Source of the DNA: Owenia fusiformis
Taxonomy: Eukaryota
Direction of reading: 5' to 3'
DNA length: 64,000 nt
Assembly: GCA_903813345.2 (NCBI GenBank)
Contig: CAIIXF020000001.1
Location: 37,448,001-37,512,000 of the forward strand
The position numbers and the translations under genes are program-made. The notes under the pieces are model-generated. The model worked only from the letters and a program-made list of their open reading frames with translations, ran no database searches and was not told the origin of the DNA. Of the stretch, positions 23,851 through 36,200 are shown in pieces. How positions within the stretch are numbered: the stretch's first letter is position 1; each line of letters starts with the position of its first letter.

Positions 23851-25625
23851 CACGCCTAACCATCGACAACGTAGTGATCAAAATATACCATTGCACAATT
23901 TATATTGTACAGTGTCACTAAAAACTGATGATGCAGGTGTGATGTAGGTTTTCAAAAATTAATTTTGGGAATACTTGAAAGATTTCAATTTCATCTTCAA
24001 CTTTTAGCTTTCTGATTACATTAAAAGATTTAAAAGCAATGCTTGATTTTTTCCTATTTAGTCTATCAACAAAAATTGATCGGTTGGAAAATGTTGGGTT
24101 TTTATTCACATTTCCTTTGATCATTTTTTCTCCTGTCGCCTAAGAGTGTCATTTATTTTTATGAGAATATGTTTCTCTAAACTACACAATTTAAGATGAG
24201 TGAAGATTTGATAAATATTATGTATTGGGTGTAATTTTAATAAAAAATCAGAAGAGTAGTTGTCAACTCCACTGAAGGGTGTCAGTGTAAATGAAATTCA
24301 CAAGATGTTATATTGAACAATGCAATAATTAAACAAGTTATGTTTAAGGAACATGTTCAATTATCCCCAATACAGATGTTCTAAAGTTAAGGTAAATTTG
24401 ATTTTTAAATCTTGTTGAATGTTATTTCATTTTATAAAAGTGTTGGTGTGGTGATTAATATGTGACCATGGGGTGTTAGCCTCTTACCCCTTGATCACTT
24501 GACATCTGTACTTTAACGTAATAAGAAACACTTTTATGAATTTTAATTATCTTAAGAAGTTGATAGAGAGATTTATACCAGCTAGTCGAAGATGACTTTT
24601 TAAAATCCTCTTTATGCTATATCTGGAAAGTGTTGAGGTTCAATAGGTTCAATCAAGTTTAAGTAATACTGTGATTGTTAAGTTTCAGTTTTAAATCAAT
24701 CTGATCCCCCTGCCCATTAGTGTTATTAAAAATATGTTGTCAGGGTTAACTGTGAATTCAGATATGTAAGTTCGTTGGGACAACGTACATCAAGATGACA
24801 AGGCACATTTGTAATTTTTTGATTTTTATTATTTTAACTAAAACATGAATATTTATTAAATTTTCAACCGACCTTAATTGTGTAACTTAACGTAATAAGA
24901 AACACTTTTATGAATTTTAATTATCTTAAGAAGTTGATAGAGAGATTTATACTAGCTAGTCGAAGATGACTTTTTAAAATCCTCTTTATGCTATATCTGG
25001 AAAGTGTTGAGGTTCAATAGGTTCAATCAAGTTTAAGTAATACTGTGATTGTTAAGTTTCAGTTTTAAATCAATCTGATCCCCCTGCCCATTAGTGTTAT
25101 TAAAAATATGTTGTCAGGGTTAACTGTGAATTCAGATATGTAAGTTCGTTGGGACAACGTACATCAAGATGACAAGGCACATTTGTAATTTTTTGATTTT
25201 TATTATTTTAACTAAAACATGAATATTTATTAAATTTTCAACCGACCTTAATTGTGTAACTTAGGGAAACATATTCTCATAAAAATAATTGACACTCTTA
25301 GGCGACAGGGGGAAAAATGATCAAAGTAAATGTGAAAAACCCAACATTTTCCAACCGATTATTGTTTGTGGTTAGATTTACTATGAAAAAAATTGAGTAC
25401 TGCTCGAAAATCTTTTAACGTAATCAGAAAGCTAATGGTTTTCCTAATCGAATACACACAAAATTAAACATGAAATTCTTTATGCATTCCTCAGATTAAT
25501 TTTTAAAACCTACATCACACCTACATCATATCTTTTGCTTCATATCAGTTAGAATAGCGACACTGTACATCAAAAGTCTACGGGGGGTATATTTTGTCAC
25601 TGTACTTTGTCGATGATCAGGTGTG
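23851..25625. mobile_element. Non-autonomous DNA transposon with CAC...GTG ends and 5-bp TSD (Transib-like)
   Basis: CACGCCTAACCATCGACAA / TTGTCGATGATCAGGTGTG ends, ~340-bp imperfect TIRs, and ATTTA on both flanks (23846-23850, 25626-25630). Confidence 0.8.
24513..25260 (+). repeat. Near-perfect 374-bp tandem duplication
   Basis: TTAACGTAATAAGAAACAC starts at 24513 and 24887; only one substitution was spotted by eye. Confidence 0.95.
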
Positions 25626-25996
25626 ATTTAAAATAAAAAAGTTAAAATGATCAATCTTCTGCCTGTTGTACCATCAATTACATTATTTTCTAATGAAGTA
25701 TTTTCTGTAATGCTAAAGATTACTTGATCTGTACGTGATGAACTACTTTTTAAAAATATCTTGTCATAAAATTTAAAATTATACTTATATAGAATTGCAA
25801 TTAAAACATTATATAAGACATGTTAATTGCAATCCGATGAATATTTCTGTTGCCAAACTTATGAATGGAATCGAAATTGCTTTTAACACACAAATGTTGA
25901 CTTAATGAATTTGATTTCAAACATCAATTTCGATTAAAAAACAGAAGTGAAAACTATAATTTCTGAATCCTTACCTGTAATGTCAGTTTACTAGAA

Positions 25997-26445
25997 TGTC
26001 TGAATTCAGACACCTTATTTCAGTTTTATAGATTGTTGTCTGAATTCAGGCACCTCATCCAAGCTTAGCAAGTTGTCTGAATTCAGACACTATATTTCAG
26101 TTTTATAGATTGCTGTCTGAATTCAGGCACCTCATTCAAGCTTAGTAAAGTGTCTGAATTCAGACACCATATTTCAGTTTTATAGATTGTTGTCTGAATT
26201 CTGGCACCTTATCCAAGCTTAGCAAAGTGTCTGAATTCAGACACCATATTTCAGTTTTATGGAATGTTGTCTGAATTCAGGCACCTCATCCAAGCTTAGC
26301 AAAGTGTCTGAATTCAGACACCTTATTTTAGTTTAAGAGAATCTTGTCTTTTTAAATTAAAAATGTGTGGGCATGTCTGAATTCAGACACATATTTTCCC
26401 ATACTAAGAGTTGCATAGAGTAAAACATCTGCCTGAATTCAGACA
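25997..26445. repeat. Palindrome-spacer array 2: 11 copies of the TGTCTGAATTCAGACA motif, 77-bp dimeric period
   Basis: Repeat starts at 25997, 26037, 26074, 26114, 26151, 26191, 26228, 26268, 26305, 26374 and 26430, with alternating 24- and 21-bp spacers. Confidence 0.95.
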
Positions 26446-26909
26446 CTTCATTTATCTACACAAAAAGCTTGTAAATATGTTGCTGATGTCTGTACATAAC
26501 ATAGATATACAGTACCTAGAAATATATATCTTTATTTTTATACTTTGCTGGTTGTTTATAATCTTTTCTCATACAAAAAACTTCTCCAACACCTGAAGAA
26601 TACATTAATTGTCAAATATATTTCTTAATTTATATTAATATTCAAACTTTTGTCACCTATGGAATTGCCAAACTACACTGGAACCTGTAAACGAATTATT
26701 GCCAGGCTTTCATTCGCAGCGGGCAACACACAATTCCCTGTTGTTTTTTTGCCAAAATTGCTTGATGCTTTAAGGAATTTTTCAGCTGCTTCCGATGGAA
26801 CATAATAACTTTGAATATGCCTGTTTTCACTAATTTTATTTTGCCGGTTGTCAGAAATGAAAATGAAAACCTGATTATAATAGAGAATGACATATTGGGC
26901 AACTGGTGT

Positions 26910-27554
26910 CGTTCCCAAGATAACTCATCCCCAAGACAACTCGAACCCAAGACAACTCGGAACTCAAGTCAACTGGTCCCCACTTTTGTGTTTTGTTTTG
27001 AATCAAGTATTGGACAAGGAAGGGGTATAGATATACATATTATAATTGTTCCATATTCAGGTGTTTAAAGGAAGAGAAAGAGACCTACATGTATGTTTAT
27101 TCCACATTTTGATTATCATTTTCTTCTCAAAACATCAGTGGTATTTTTGATTATGAGTGTTGGGAACAAGTGTCATTCATCTTAAAAGATGGAATTATAC
27201 ATATTGGGTAATATGGACTAAGAAACCTAATTTACTAAAACGCAATGCATGTTATTGGGTATTTAACATACAAAAAGAGATTAGGAAGTGTTGTTTAATG
27301 ATAACCAGATCAAGAATTTTGTTTTCCTTTTTTCACCTCAACCTAATTAAAAAGGTGTTGTTTGTAAAGTAATGCAATGACAAAGAACTTCGAAGATTTA
27401 TCAAAAGTTATGCTTAATTTCTTATCTTAAAACTGATGTGTCCTAAAACATATTATCTATTTGTTGTTTGGGAATTCCAGTCTTGGGGACCAGTTGTCTT
27501 AGGGACGAGTTTTCTTGAGAACTAGTTGTCTTGGTCACCAGTTGACTAGGAAGC
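26910..27554. mobile_element. MITE with ends built from ~15-bp tandem subrepeats (CCCAAGACAACTCG / CGAGTTGTCTTGGG-like)
   Basis: Four subrepeats at 26910-26983 are mirrored by inverted subrepeats at 27480-27554. Confidence 0.7.
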
Positions 27555-27673
27555 ACATCGTGTTATAGTCTCCCAACTTTTTCGTTTGTGATGGGGCGGT
27601 CGGAGTTCGGTGACTGTAACATTTTGCAATAGCATACATTGGCAGTGACATTTTGTCATGTAAATGCCTTGTT
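27555..27673 (+). mobile_element. Internally deleted remnant of the HINE family (no core repeats)
   Basis: TGTTATAGTCTCC...GGCGGTCGG...CTGTAACA followed by GTGACATTTTGTCATGTAAATGCCTTGTT, matching both ends of 8626-11033. Confidence 0.6.
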
Positions 27674-27879
27674 GATTGATACACTCAAGCAGGTTCCCTA
27701 TATCTAACAATCTAACAGTATTATTGAACAGTTTGTTTGTTTAAAACAGCATGTTTTCATGCATATTTTATTGATAGTCATAGTTAGTGCAACCAAGATA
27801 GCAATTAATCAAATTGTTCATTGACAGCAATATTTTTATAGATAAGTAATTTAGTAGTTGTACAGTAGTCTCACACAAG

Positions 27880-28343
27880 TATCAGAGGCCTAATAACGCA
27901 GATGCGAGTAGGTGGTTACCAATTTCACCACCAGGTGGCTCGTTCGGGTCAGATAGCATGGCAGGTATGGTAGAAAGTTCCCTTTAACTTAAATTACATC
28001 TGTTTTGGTGGTTCAATTTTCATATAACCCTCATGTATCTAATAGTTATGCTAATTAAAAAATGTCCAGTGAAGGAAAATGATATTTGTCGATTACAAGA
28101 AAAGATATTTCACTTTTTGTGACTTTGTAACATGGGGTCTATGGGGATTCAACCCGAACTAGAAATCACATTTTCAAAATAAATTAAATTTTCAAAGTTG
28201 ATAAACAATTTTCGAAACCATATTTCTAGATGTACTTTTACATGTAGATTTCAAATATGACATCACTTTGACTGAATTTTGAATATTTAATGACGTAAAT
28301 CAAGGTTATTTCTACTCGCATCTAGTTTATTGCCTCACTGATA
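27880..28343. mobile_element. Degenerate MITE
   Basis: Imperfect TIRs TATCAGAGGCCTAATAACGCAGATGCGAGTAG / CTACTCGCATCTAGTTTATTGCCTCACTGATA. Confidence 0.55.
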
Positions 28344-29679
28344 AAATACTCAAATTTATTTTTTAAATGTCTAAATGATCTGTACAAGGTAACCTAGATA
28401 GACAATGTTTCAATACAACTAGATTTGCGATTATAAAGTCTTGTCATCTTATAGCGAGATCAATAGTGCAAAAATAGTTCATTCAGGGAACGAAGCGTGA
28501 AACTTTCCACATATCATCAGAATACCATTCCCTTTGATTTAAGAGCCAGAGCCATTTTTGTGGTCCACTAGAAATATCAAAAAATAGTAAGTACCCCCTC
28601 CCACCAAATCCCATGGGGGTGGGGAGATATCGAAATATTTTTTTCATAAAAAAAATTCTTTGAATATGGTCATACTACAGTTTTAGAGTGATATTTTCAT
28701 GGTAAAGAAATTTTGCAAACAACAAGATGATTTATCATCAATTTACATCATTGTTAAAGACTAATCATGGGCGACGCCCACTTTTCATACCTTGAACATT
28801 TAGGTTATTAAATCTCTATCATGGGTTGAACAAATGAATGTAATTCAGTTTCCTGGATAACACCAGATACCTTTTTGATGTAAGGTGCTATAATAAATCT
28901 TTGCATTTGACTTCTTAAAGGCTTATACCATATCACACCCCTGTTTAGAAGAAGAAAGCAAGCAACAAATGTCCCAGATCTATTACATGTATCCACTATT
29001 CTATGTACATGTATGAGTCTCTATACTCTCCTGAAGAGAACCTATGCTACAGACACAACTGTCCAGAATTTAGATGATGATGTGCTTAAACAGTTTGATG
29101 AATGGTGTGCTGACCAAGTGCCTAAATAGTTTGATGAATGCCGTGCTGACCAACAGGATGTACCAGTCTTCAAGCTTTGGTTTCTGCTTATTCAAATTAA
29201 AATACTGTGCCTTGACTATGTGAGGGCTATAGGACAGGAGAATTTTCCTCTTTATTTCCAGATGGTTTCTCTTTGATTTTCATAGTTGTTAAAGACTAGT
29301 CATGGGCGACGCCCACTTTTCATATGCTGAACATTTAGGCTATTAAACCTCTTCATGGTTTGAACCGGAACCAGAAGGGCCGCCACAGTCACAGCCTGCA
29401 GTCTCTAAATTCTCAAGAGAGCCTTTACTACATATACAGCTGTCCAGAATCTAGATAATGAAGTGATAAACAGTTTGATGAAAGGTGTGCTGACCAACAG
29501 AATGAACCAGTCTTTAAGTTTTGGTTTCAGATTATTTGAATCGAAATACTGTGCTAAGTGTAGGCTATTAGAGAGGGAAATTTCCCTCTTTATCTCCAGT
29601 CAATTAGCAAGCTTGTCACCTGGTTTTTCGTTTTTTGACCTTGTCAATATGCTGGCTGAGTACCAGTTCAGTATATCAT

Positions 29680-29910
29680 CAGAACTCAAAGTTCAAAAAT
29701 GGATAGCTTTTGGAAAAAAAAATTAGAAATATCTCACTTCCCATGAAATTCCAGCTGCCCTCTGACATGGTAGGACTATGTTCTCCCCTTATCTTATGCT
29801 CCCACAGGTTCAGACACTACACCAGCAAAGGCTGGGAAAATGATTTGGGTGCCAGTGTAGAAGACATTGCCCCAAGCTTCAGATGCAAGTCAAACGCTAG
29901 TAAAATGCAG
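29680..29910 (+). pseudogene. Academ-type transposase fragment (plus-strand mirror copy)
   Basis: Reads KWIAFGKKN*KYLTSHEIPAAL*, then after a frameshift LPLSYAPTGSDT, resembling the WIxFGxGK...HEI...LPxFHAxTGCDT block as I recall it for Academ transposases. It contains stops and frameshifts. Confidence 0.65.
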
Positions 29911-30494
29911 GGATTGTAGTGGACATGACACATAGCTCAGTGATAATGATAATAGAGTGTTGAAGTGCTTAAATGCACAAAATAGGATATTTGAACTGCA
30001 GTTAAGATACCTAATAAGGTAACTTGTATCAATTAGTCAAAGTGCTCTGATTAAAAGCCAAAATAATGTATCATTAATTATGAATTATATATTATTATAT
30101 CTTTATATCTAAAAGGGATGTGGCCTTTCAATTGACTTACTTAAAGAATTTATCATCTTAACATAAATAACAGACTTAATCTTATCAATTTTATTCAGCC
30201 TTATTAGGTAATTTTCCTATTCATAATAGAATGATAGAAGACTCATTAACTTGTATATTAACATGTTGATAAAGTGGGCGTCGCCCTTGCTCAGGCTTTA
30301 ATAATGAATATCCATGAGAAATACGGATGCAATCTTGAAAATTGTTCTTATTCACTGAAAATAACATGCTAAAAATGAATATAGATCATATTCAAAAAAA
30401 ATACTCTCCTCCTCAATTGCAATTTTTCAGATATCATCAGGACACCATTCCCTTTGATTTAAGAGCCAGAGCCATTTTTGTGGTTCACTAGAAT

Positions 30495-30835
30495 GACAAA
30501 AAAGCACTTGCATCTTTTTGTTGAGCACTGTTGTTTGCAGCTGCATTTTACTAGCATTTGGCATGCATATGGAGCTTGGGCAATGTTTTCCATACTGGCA
30601 CCCAAATTATTTTCCCAGCCTTTGTGGTAATGGATTCCCAACTCAATTGTGAGGGTGAAGCGAGGACTGACAAAGGTATACTTGTCTGGAACCAACTTAT
30701 GCAACTTATGGTGGGATGTTCTTATGGTGGGATGAGACACATAGTCCTATCATGTCAAAGGGCAGCTGCAATTTCATGGGAAGTGAGATATCTCTAATTT
30801 TTTACTTTTCCAAAAGCTATCCATTTTTGAACTTA
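30495..30835 (-). pseudogene. Academ-type transposase fragment with C-terminal CXC motif
   Basis: The minus strand reads KWIAFGKVKN*RYLTSHEIAAAL* and GWENNLG...APYACQMLVKCSCKQQCSTKRCKC. Confidence 0.7.
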
Positions 30836-32546
30836 GATTTCTGATAATATACTGAACTGGTACTCAGCAAACATATTGACAAGGTCAAAAAAAAACAAAA
30901 AAAAACAGGTGATAAGATTGCTCATTGACTGGAGATAAAGAGGGAAATTTCCCTCTCTGATAGCCCACACTTAGTTAAGGCACAGTATTTCATTTCAAAT
31001 AATCTGAAACCAAAACTTAAGTACTGGTACATTCTGTTGGTCAGCACACCATTCATCAAACTCTTTATCACTTTATCATCTAGATTCTGGATAGTGTGTA
31101 TGTAGTATAGGCTCTCTTTAGAATTTAGAGACTGCAGGCTGTGACTGTGGCGGCCCTTCTGGTTCCGGTTCAAACCATGAAAGAGGTTAAATAGCCTAAA
31201 TGTTCACTGGTACTGGTATATTCTGTTGGTCAGCACACCATTCATCAAACTGTTTAGGCACTGGGTCAGCACACCATTCATCAAACTGTTTAAGCACATC
31301 ATCATCTAAATTCTGGAAACTTGTATCTGTAGCATAGGTTCTCTTCAGGAGAAAATAGAGACTCGACATACATGTACATAGAATAGTGGATACATGTTGT
31401 AGATCTGGGACATTTGTTGCTTGCTTTCTTCTTCTAAACAGGGTTGTGATATGGTGTAAGCCTTTAAAAAGTCAAATGCAAAGATTAATTTTAGCACCTA
31501 ACATCAAAAAGATATCTGGTGTTATCCAGAAAACTGAATTACATTCATTTGTTCAACCCATGATAGAGATTTAATAAGCTAAATGTTCAAGGTACAAAAA
31601 GTGGGCGTCGCCTATGATTAGTCTTTAACAATGATGGAAATCAATGATAAATCATCTTGTTATGTTTGCAAAATTTCTTTACCTTGAAAATAGCACTCTA
31701 AAACTGTAGTATGACCATATTCAAAGAAATTTAAAAAAAAATTCCTATATCTCCCCACCCCCATGGGATTTGGTGGGAGGGGGTTCTTACTATTTTTTGA
31801 TCATTCTAGTGGACCACAAAAATGGCTCTGGCTCTTAAATCAAAGGGAATGGTATTCTGATGATATGTGGAAAGTTTCATGCTTCGTTCCATGAATGAAC
31901 TGTTTGCCTGTTTTCTTGCACTATTGATCTCACTATTACCCTTGAAAACAAGTGAGTTATATTCTCTGCAGGGTTGCCTTGGACTTAAGCTTTAGTCTTT
32001 AGGACCTTCTTTTACATTTTTCACATTCGTTACATTAATATTCCTATATTTGATAAGAATTACAATAAACCCATTTTAATAGGAAAGTAGTTGTTATTGT
32101 TCAATCTTTTTTGGCAATGGTATCGTGCTAAATGGATACTGGACTGAATCGACATGATGTCAATGATTTGGGTCAAAATTATCAATTTGATTTTCATGTA
32201 GACGTGATTTTACCTTTTTATGGGCAAGGAAGATTTTTTCAACGAGAGATTACTCAAATTCGATTAAAATTTATATGTTAAGTTGCCTAAGAGTATCTTC
32301 TCAAGCAAGTAAAATGAATATGAAAGGGACCGCTACATATCATGTTTTTCAGTTCACTTTTTTGGGACACTCGATATATTGTTCGAGTTTATGATTAAAT
32401 AGCAAACTTTGATATTTGTCATCATTAAAGTAACCAATATTTTCGATACATACATCATGGTCATGATTGATTGTTGGCAACAAAATTAAACACATTAATT
32501 GTCGTTGATATCAACAAATATGTCGCAGGCTTTAGAGTAAAGTAAA

Positions 32547-32636
32547 GGCCCAAGTCGGTATTTTTTACTTATCTGATCTTGAATTATTACCGGCGGTCAA
32601 GATAAGTAAAAGAGACCGACTTGGGCAAGGCTAGCT
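32547..32636. repeat. ~90-bp imperfect hairpin (MITE remnant?)
   Basis: GCCCAAGTCGGT...TTTTACTTATCT / AGATAAGTAAAA...ACCGACTTGGGC. Confidence 0.6.
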
Positions 32637-33270
32637 TTAGAGGAATAACAGAATTTGAATTCGGACGGAATTGGTTCAATTTTTATGCTGATGCCTTCGG
32701 GACATGTTTATTTGCTGAAGAAGCGATTTCAAAAACAACCGCTGAATTCAAAATGGCTGTCTTGTTTAAAAAAAAATTTGGTCAGATTCTATGTGCCAGC
32801 GCCTGATTGGCATTGGGCTCTGATCGGGGCTATTGTCAAGAAGGAATGCTGAATTCAAAATGGCACCATTTATCAGTAAAAACCAAATTTTCTGATAACA
32901 CAAACTAAATTTTATATACTAATGCCCTGTGGTCTTCAGACTACTCCAAAATTGATTTATAACACGAAAAAATCGATCCACTTGTATTTGATGATTTTGC
33001 TTGTACACAGGTGGATTCACTGACAACTCTTGGCTTTCACTTTACCTCACTTCTCACTTTTTGTTTGCAATACCAATGAATAAATAAGTTGCATTGACAT
33101 GGACTATCCACCACATCTGTTTACACAATTAATCGTATTAAGCTCACTGAATATTAATATTGATTCCATGAAGCCTTTCAAATAACAAATCTATTATATC
33201 AACAAGTATATATCTGATTATTGGAAGCTAATCTCTAAGGGATTCGCCTGCGAAGAGGGGAGAAAAGTGA

Positions 33271-36200
33271 ATGGCGGGGTTGATGAATACCATTCAAGTT
33301 GGTCTATTTCTCGTGAGCTGTCTCCAAGTCATATCCGGCAATCACCAACATGGTAAATACATGTACAGTACTAAACTCAATTGTTATATGTTATTAATGA
33401 AAGATATTACGTACTTGCCGTTGTACATAATTATGGAATATTTGTTACTTTACCAATGATTTATCAGATTTTGATTTGACAGCACTTTGTTAAGGTCATG
33501 ACATTGTGCATTAATTCTTCCGACGAATGAAAATAATACAAGCACTTTATTGTTTAGACAATATGCTAATTTTGTGAAATACCCAATATGTTCCATATAT
33601 ATGAGCAACATTGTACTATACCTAAGTTGTTACTGTCAATAACGATGATAAAGTAAGTGCTGCATATAATGTCTGCACAACTGGAAACCAATGATGTGAA
33701 ACTAATATCCTATGTTAAGACACTAATTCAATAATTCAGTATATGTTTACAATGGTACGCTGTGAGTATATAATTAATATGTGTGTATCCATCTCATAAT
33801 TTTATACATGTAGATGCAATGTATACGATGTTTCGAAGTAAAATATATCAAAACCTTTTGAAACAATAATCATACGCTGATAGTGTGCGCCGAATAGTCC
33901 CGATGACAATAGGGAGTTTAAAGAGAGAATCAGATATAGCAAGCAGGCTAAACAAAAAATTGTCTCAATTTTAGAATATTTTTGTCTCATGTCATCATTC
34001 CTTGTCATGTCTATTTTCTAAAGATGACAAAAGTGCATACTTTATTCAAGGAAAACTAAAGATTTTTACAATAATGTATTATTTTTCACCCATTTTTGCA
34101 CTTTGAATAATTAATAACTTCACCAATTCATAACATATTGTGAATCTTTTGGGAGATATTGTATTTGATATTGTAAGGAATAGATTGGTAGGTCAATTAT
34201 AAAAGTTGCTTTTAATTTTGTCACCCCCTATAGATGTGATTCTGCCTTTAAGCTTGCAAATATAATCGAAACGCCAACCTATACGTATGACAAATAGTTA
34301 AATAGTTTAGTTAAAAACACTGCAAGAATAAACTCCCTAATGTCAGGAATGAAGTACTTCATGTACGTACTTTTAATGGGGTCTTAGTAGGGTGGGGGAA
34401 AATGAGTGACACTGAAATTTATTCACAGCTGACACCTTAAAACAAATTACTTCAGATTAACAATATCCCAGCAAATTATAAGGGATCACTTACATTTCTT
34501 TTATAATCATATTGGTGTCAATGTTGTTCATTGTTTTGTATTATCAACTGTTTTTTCTAAAAGTAAAAAGTATATTTGTTCATAGAGACCACATCCTCGT
34601 TCGACGATTGCTAATCACCACGGATCAACTGGTGTATCAATGAAATGCATACTCTCCTCTGTCAAACAGTTTAATGAAATCAATTGGACGTGTTCATCTT
34701 CTACATGCATCCACAAACATGTATTCTGTTTTATTTTATCACACCTGAACACATAGCTAAAGGTATGCCTAGTTGTGGCCAATCAAAACACAGCATTTTA
34801 TATAATTGCAAGTGGAAAGTTATCAATCACGCTATTTTTAGATTCCTGTGAAACTGATTACATCAATTTTATAGTTGTTTCGATTTTTATTTTATGTTTT
34901 TTAAATTGATATGCTGACCTATATAATATAGTAGCCCCGACAGAATTGTTCAATGGTCACTTTTTCTTTAATAACTTTTTAAATTTTCAGTATTATCAAA
35001 ATATATTTGAAAACTAGAGTAAAATTCTGACATACAAAAAAAATATTTCAGGAACGTCTCTTAATTTATTGATATTATAGGCGTTCATAGTATGAGTGAC
35101 GCAAATACATAATTCACCAATTTGTCTCATATTTGTTCAAAATGGCGGCATATTTTGTGGTTTGAATGTTCAGTTAAAATTAATATTTAAGAAATGGCAT
35201 AGGCCTATGAAGTCATGCAGACTGCTGCTTTGGTATGAGGTAATGACTGCATTTATAACCTGCATATATATGACTTGTATGTATACCAGTACTTAACAAG
35301 GTTTGTACATTGTATGTCCAGTATATTGGTAAGGTCGCAGGACTTACGTTTTTTGGCCATTCCATTGTTACTCGTAGTGGATTAGCAACCCTAGTTTGTT
35401 TAACCTGTGCAACTATGCGGTCATACTGCCTGATGATGATGAATTATGTATTTGCGTCACCCATACTATGAACGCCTACAATATCAATAAATTAAGAGAA
35501 ATTCCTTAAATATGTTTTTTTTGTATGTCAGAATTTTAGTCTAGTTTTCAATAATGTAGTCAGATTTTGATAATACTGAAAATTAAAAAAGTTATCAAAG
35601 AAAAAGTGACCATTGAACAATTCTGTCCGGGCTACTATATATACAAAAACAAGTGAACTCTCGCAAAAAAATTCCTTGTATGCTTAAAGCACTTGACTCA
35701 ATGAATAAGTGGATTGAATCATTATCAATGTCTTTAGTCATAGTATGGGAGCAAAAAATTGAAAAAAAAGGTCATTCCGTTTCCTTTTTAGAGGCGAGCT
35801 AAGCGACATATATTTTCATGAACTATACGTGATACTTACCAAGAAAAATGATGTTGGCAATTCTGAATCCGCGACGGCGTTGCTATGGTAACCAAGTAAA
35901 TATGCCACGCCCACTTTTAGGGGCTCTTTTCAGTGTATGGCCCCTATCTCTGTCATTTTTGTTCAGATTTAGATGAAATTCACACCAAATGGAAGCTGGA
36001 TAATGCAATCAGGAAATATTAAGTTGGCAATTCTGGATCCGATATGGCGTTGCTATGGTAACAAAGTAAATATGCCACACCCACTTTTCGGAGCTATTTT
36101 CAGTGTTTGGCCCATAACTTAGTCATTATTGCTCAGATTAAGATGAAATTTGCACCAAATGAAAGGTAATAGATAGAGCAATCGGACAGTTTTTAATATA

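Larger units (their letters stand above)
28452..31935. mobile_element. Academ-family transposon derivative rearranged into a ~3.5-kb palindrome
   Basis: TAG...CTA termini (TAGCGAGATCAATAGTGCAA / TTGCACTATTGATCTCACTA), 3-bp TSD TTA (28449-28451, 31936-31938), long inverted arms and internal transposase remnants. Confidence 0.85.

Noticed and set aside
14811..26445. Calling the palindrome arrays true CRISPR arrays
   Set aside because: Eukaryotic context, no cas-like ORFs, the repeat is only 16 bp, and spacers recur as two alternating types rather than being unique. Kept as repeats and findings instead.
14540..26900. Outer TIRs or TSD enclosing both palindrome arrays
   Set aside because: Only a 10-bp match (TGACAAAAGT near 14700 versus its complement near 26646) was found, which is not significant in AT-rich DNA.
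28808..31574. Paired ORFs 28808-28996/31386-31574 and 29463-29726/30922-31173 as duplicated genes
   Set aside because: They are mirror images within the Academ palindrome and have no recognisable independent coding signal.
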